Shown here one piece after another: positions 64,000-64,000 of a DNA stretch of 64,000 nucleotides. A program made the translations under genes and the position numbers. How positions within the stretch are numbered: the first letter of the stretch is position 1; every line of letters starts with the position of its first letter. Under the pieces are notes generated by a model. The model did no database searches and was not told the origin of the DNA. It worked only from the letters and a program-made list of their open reading frames with translations. Origin of the DNA: Curvularia clavata (lineage: Eukaryota); NCBI GenBank assembly GCA_023920165.1, contig CP089281.1, positions 806,001-870,000 on the forward strand, in the 5' to 3' direction.

Positions 64000-64000
64000 A

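Overview
Gene-dense window of a filamentous ascomycete genome. Short GT-AG introns with CTRAC/CTAAY branch points support this; a Dothideomycete/Pleosporales-like origin is inference. About 19 protein-coding genes can be modelled. They include separase (ESP1), cohesin SMC1, GPC1, PHO89, AGC1, RPN5, a Git3-type GPCR, Zn2Cys6 and C2H2 transcription factors, an MFS transporter, a reticulon-like protein, an FSH1-family hydrolase, a Pca1-type heavy-metal ATPase and a partial BRCT protein. I saw no rRNA, tRNA, CRISPR array or intact transposon. The most notable feature is a head-to-head pair at 53.5-58.3 kb. One gene encodes a HeLo-like helical domain fused to a pseudokinase with MLKL-type degenerate motifs (HRD->HKN, DFG->GFE). 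It shares a ~520 bp divergent promoter with an intact Ser/Thr kinase whose tail carries a Pbp1/ataxin-2-like segment. This is a candidate fungal RIPK-MLKL-like regulated-cell-death or immune module. All family assignments are from motif recognition by eye, with no database searches.
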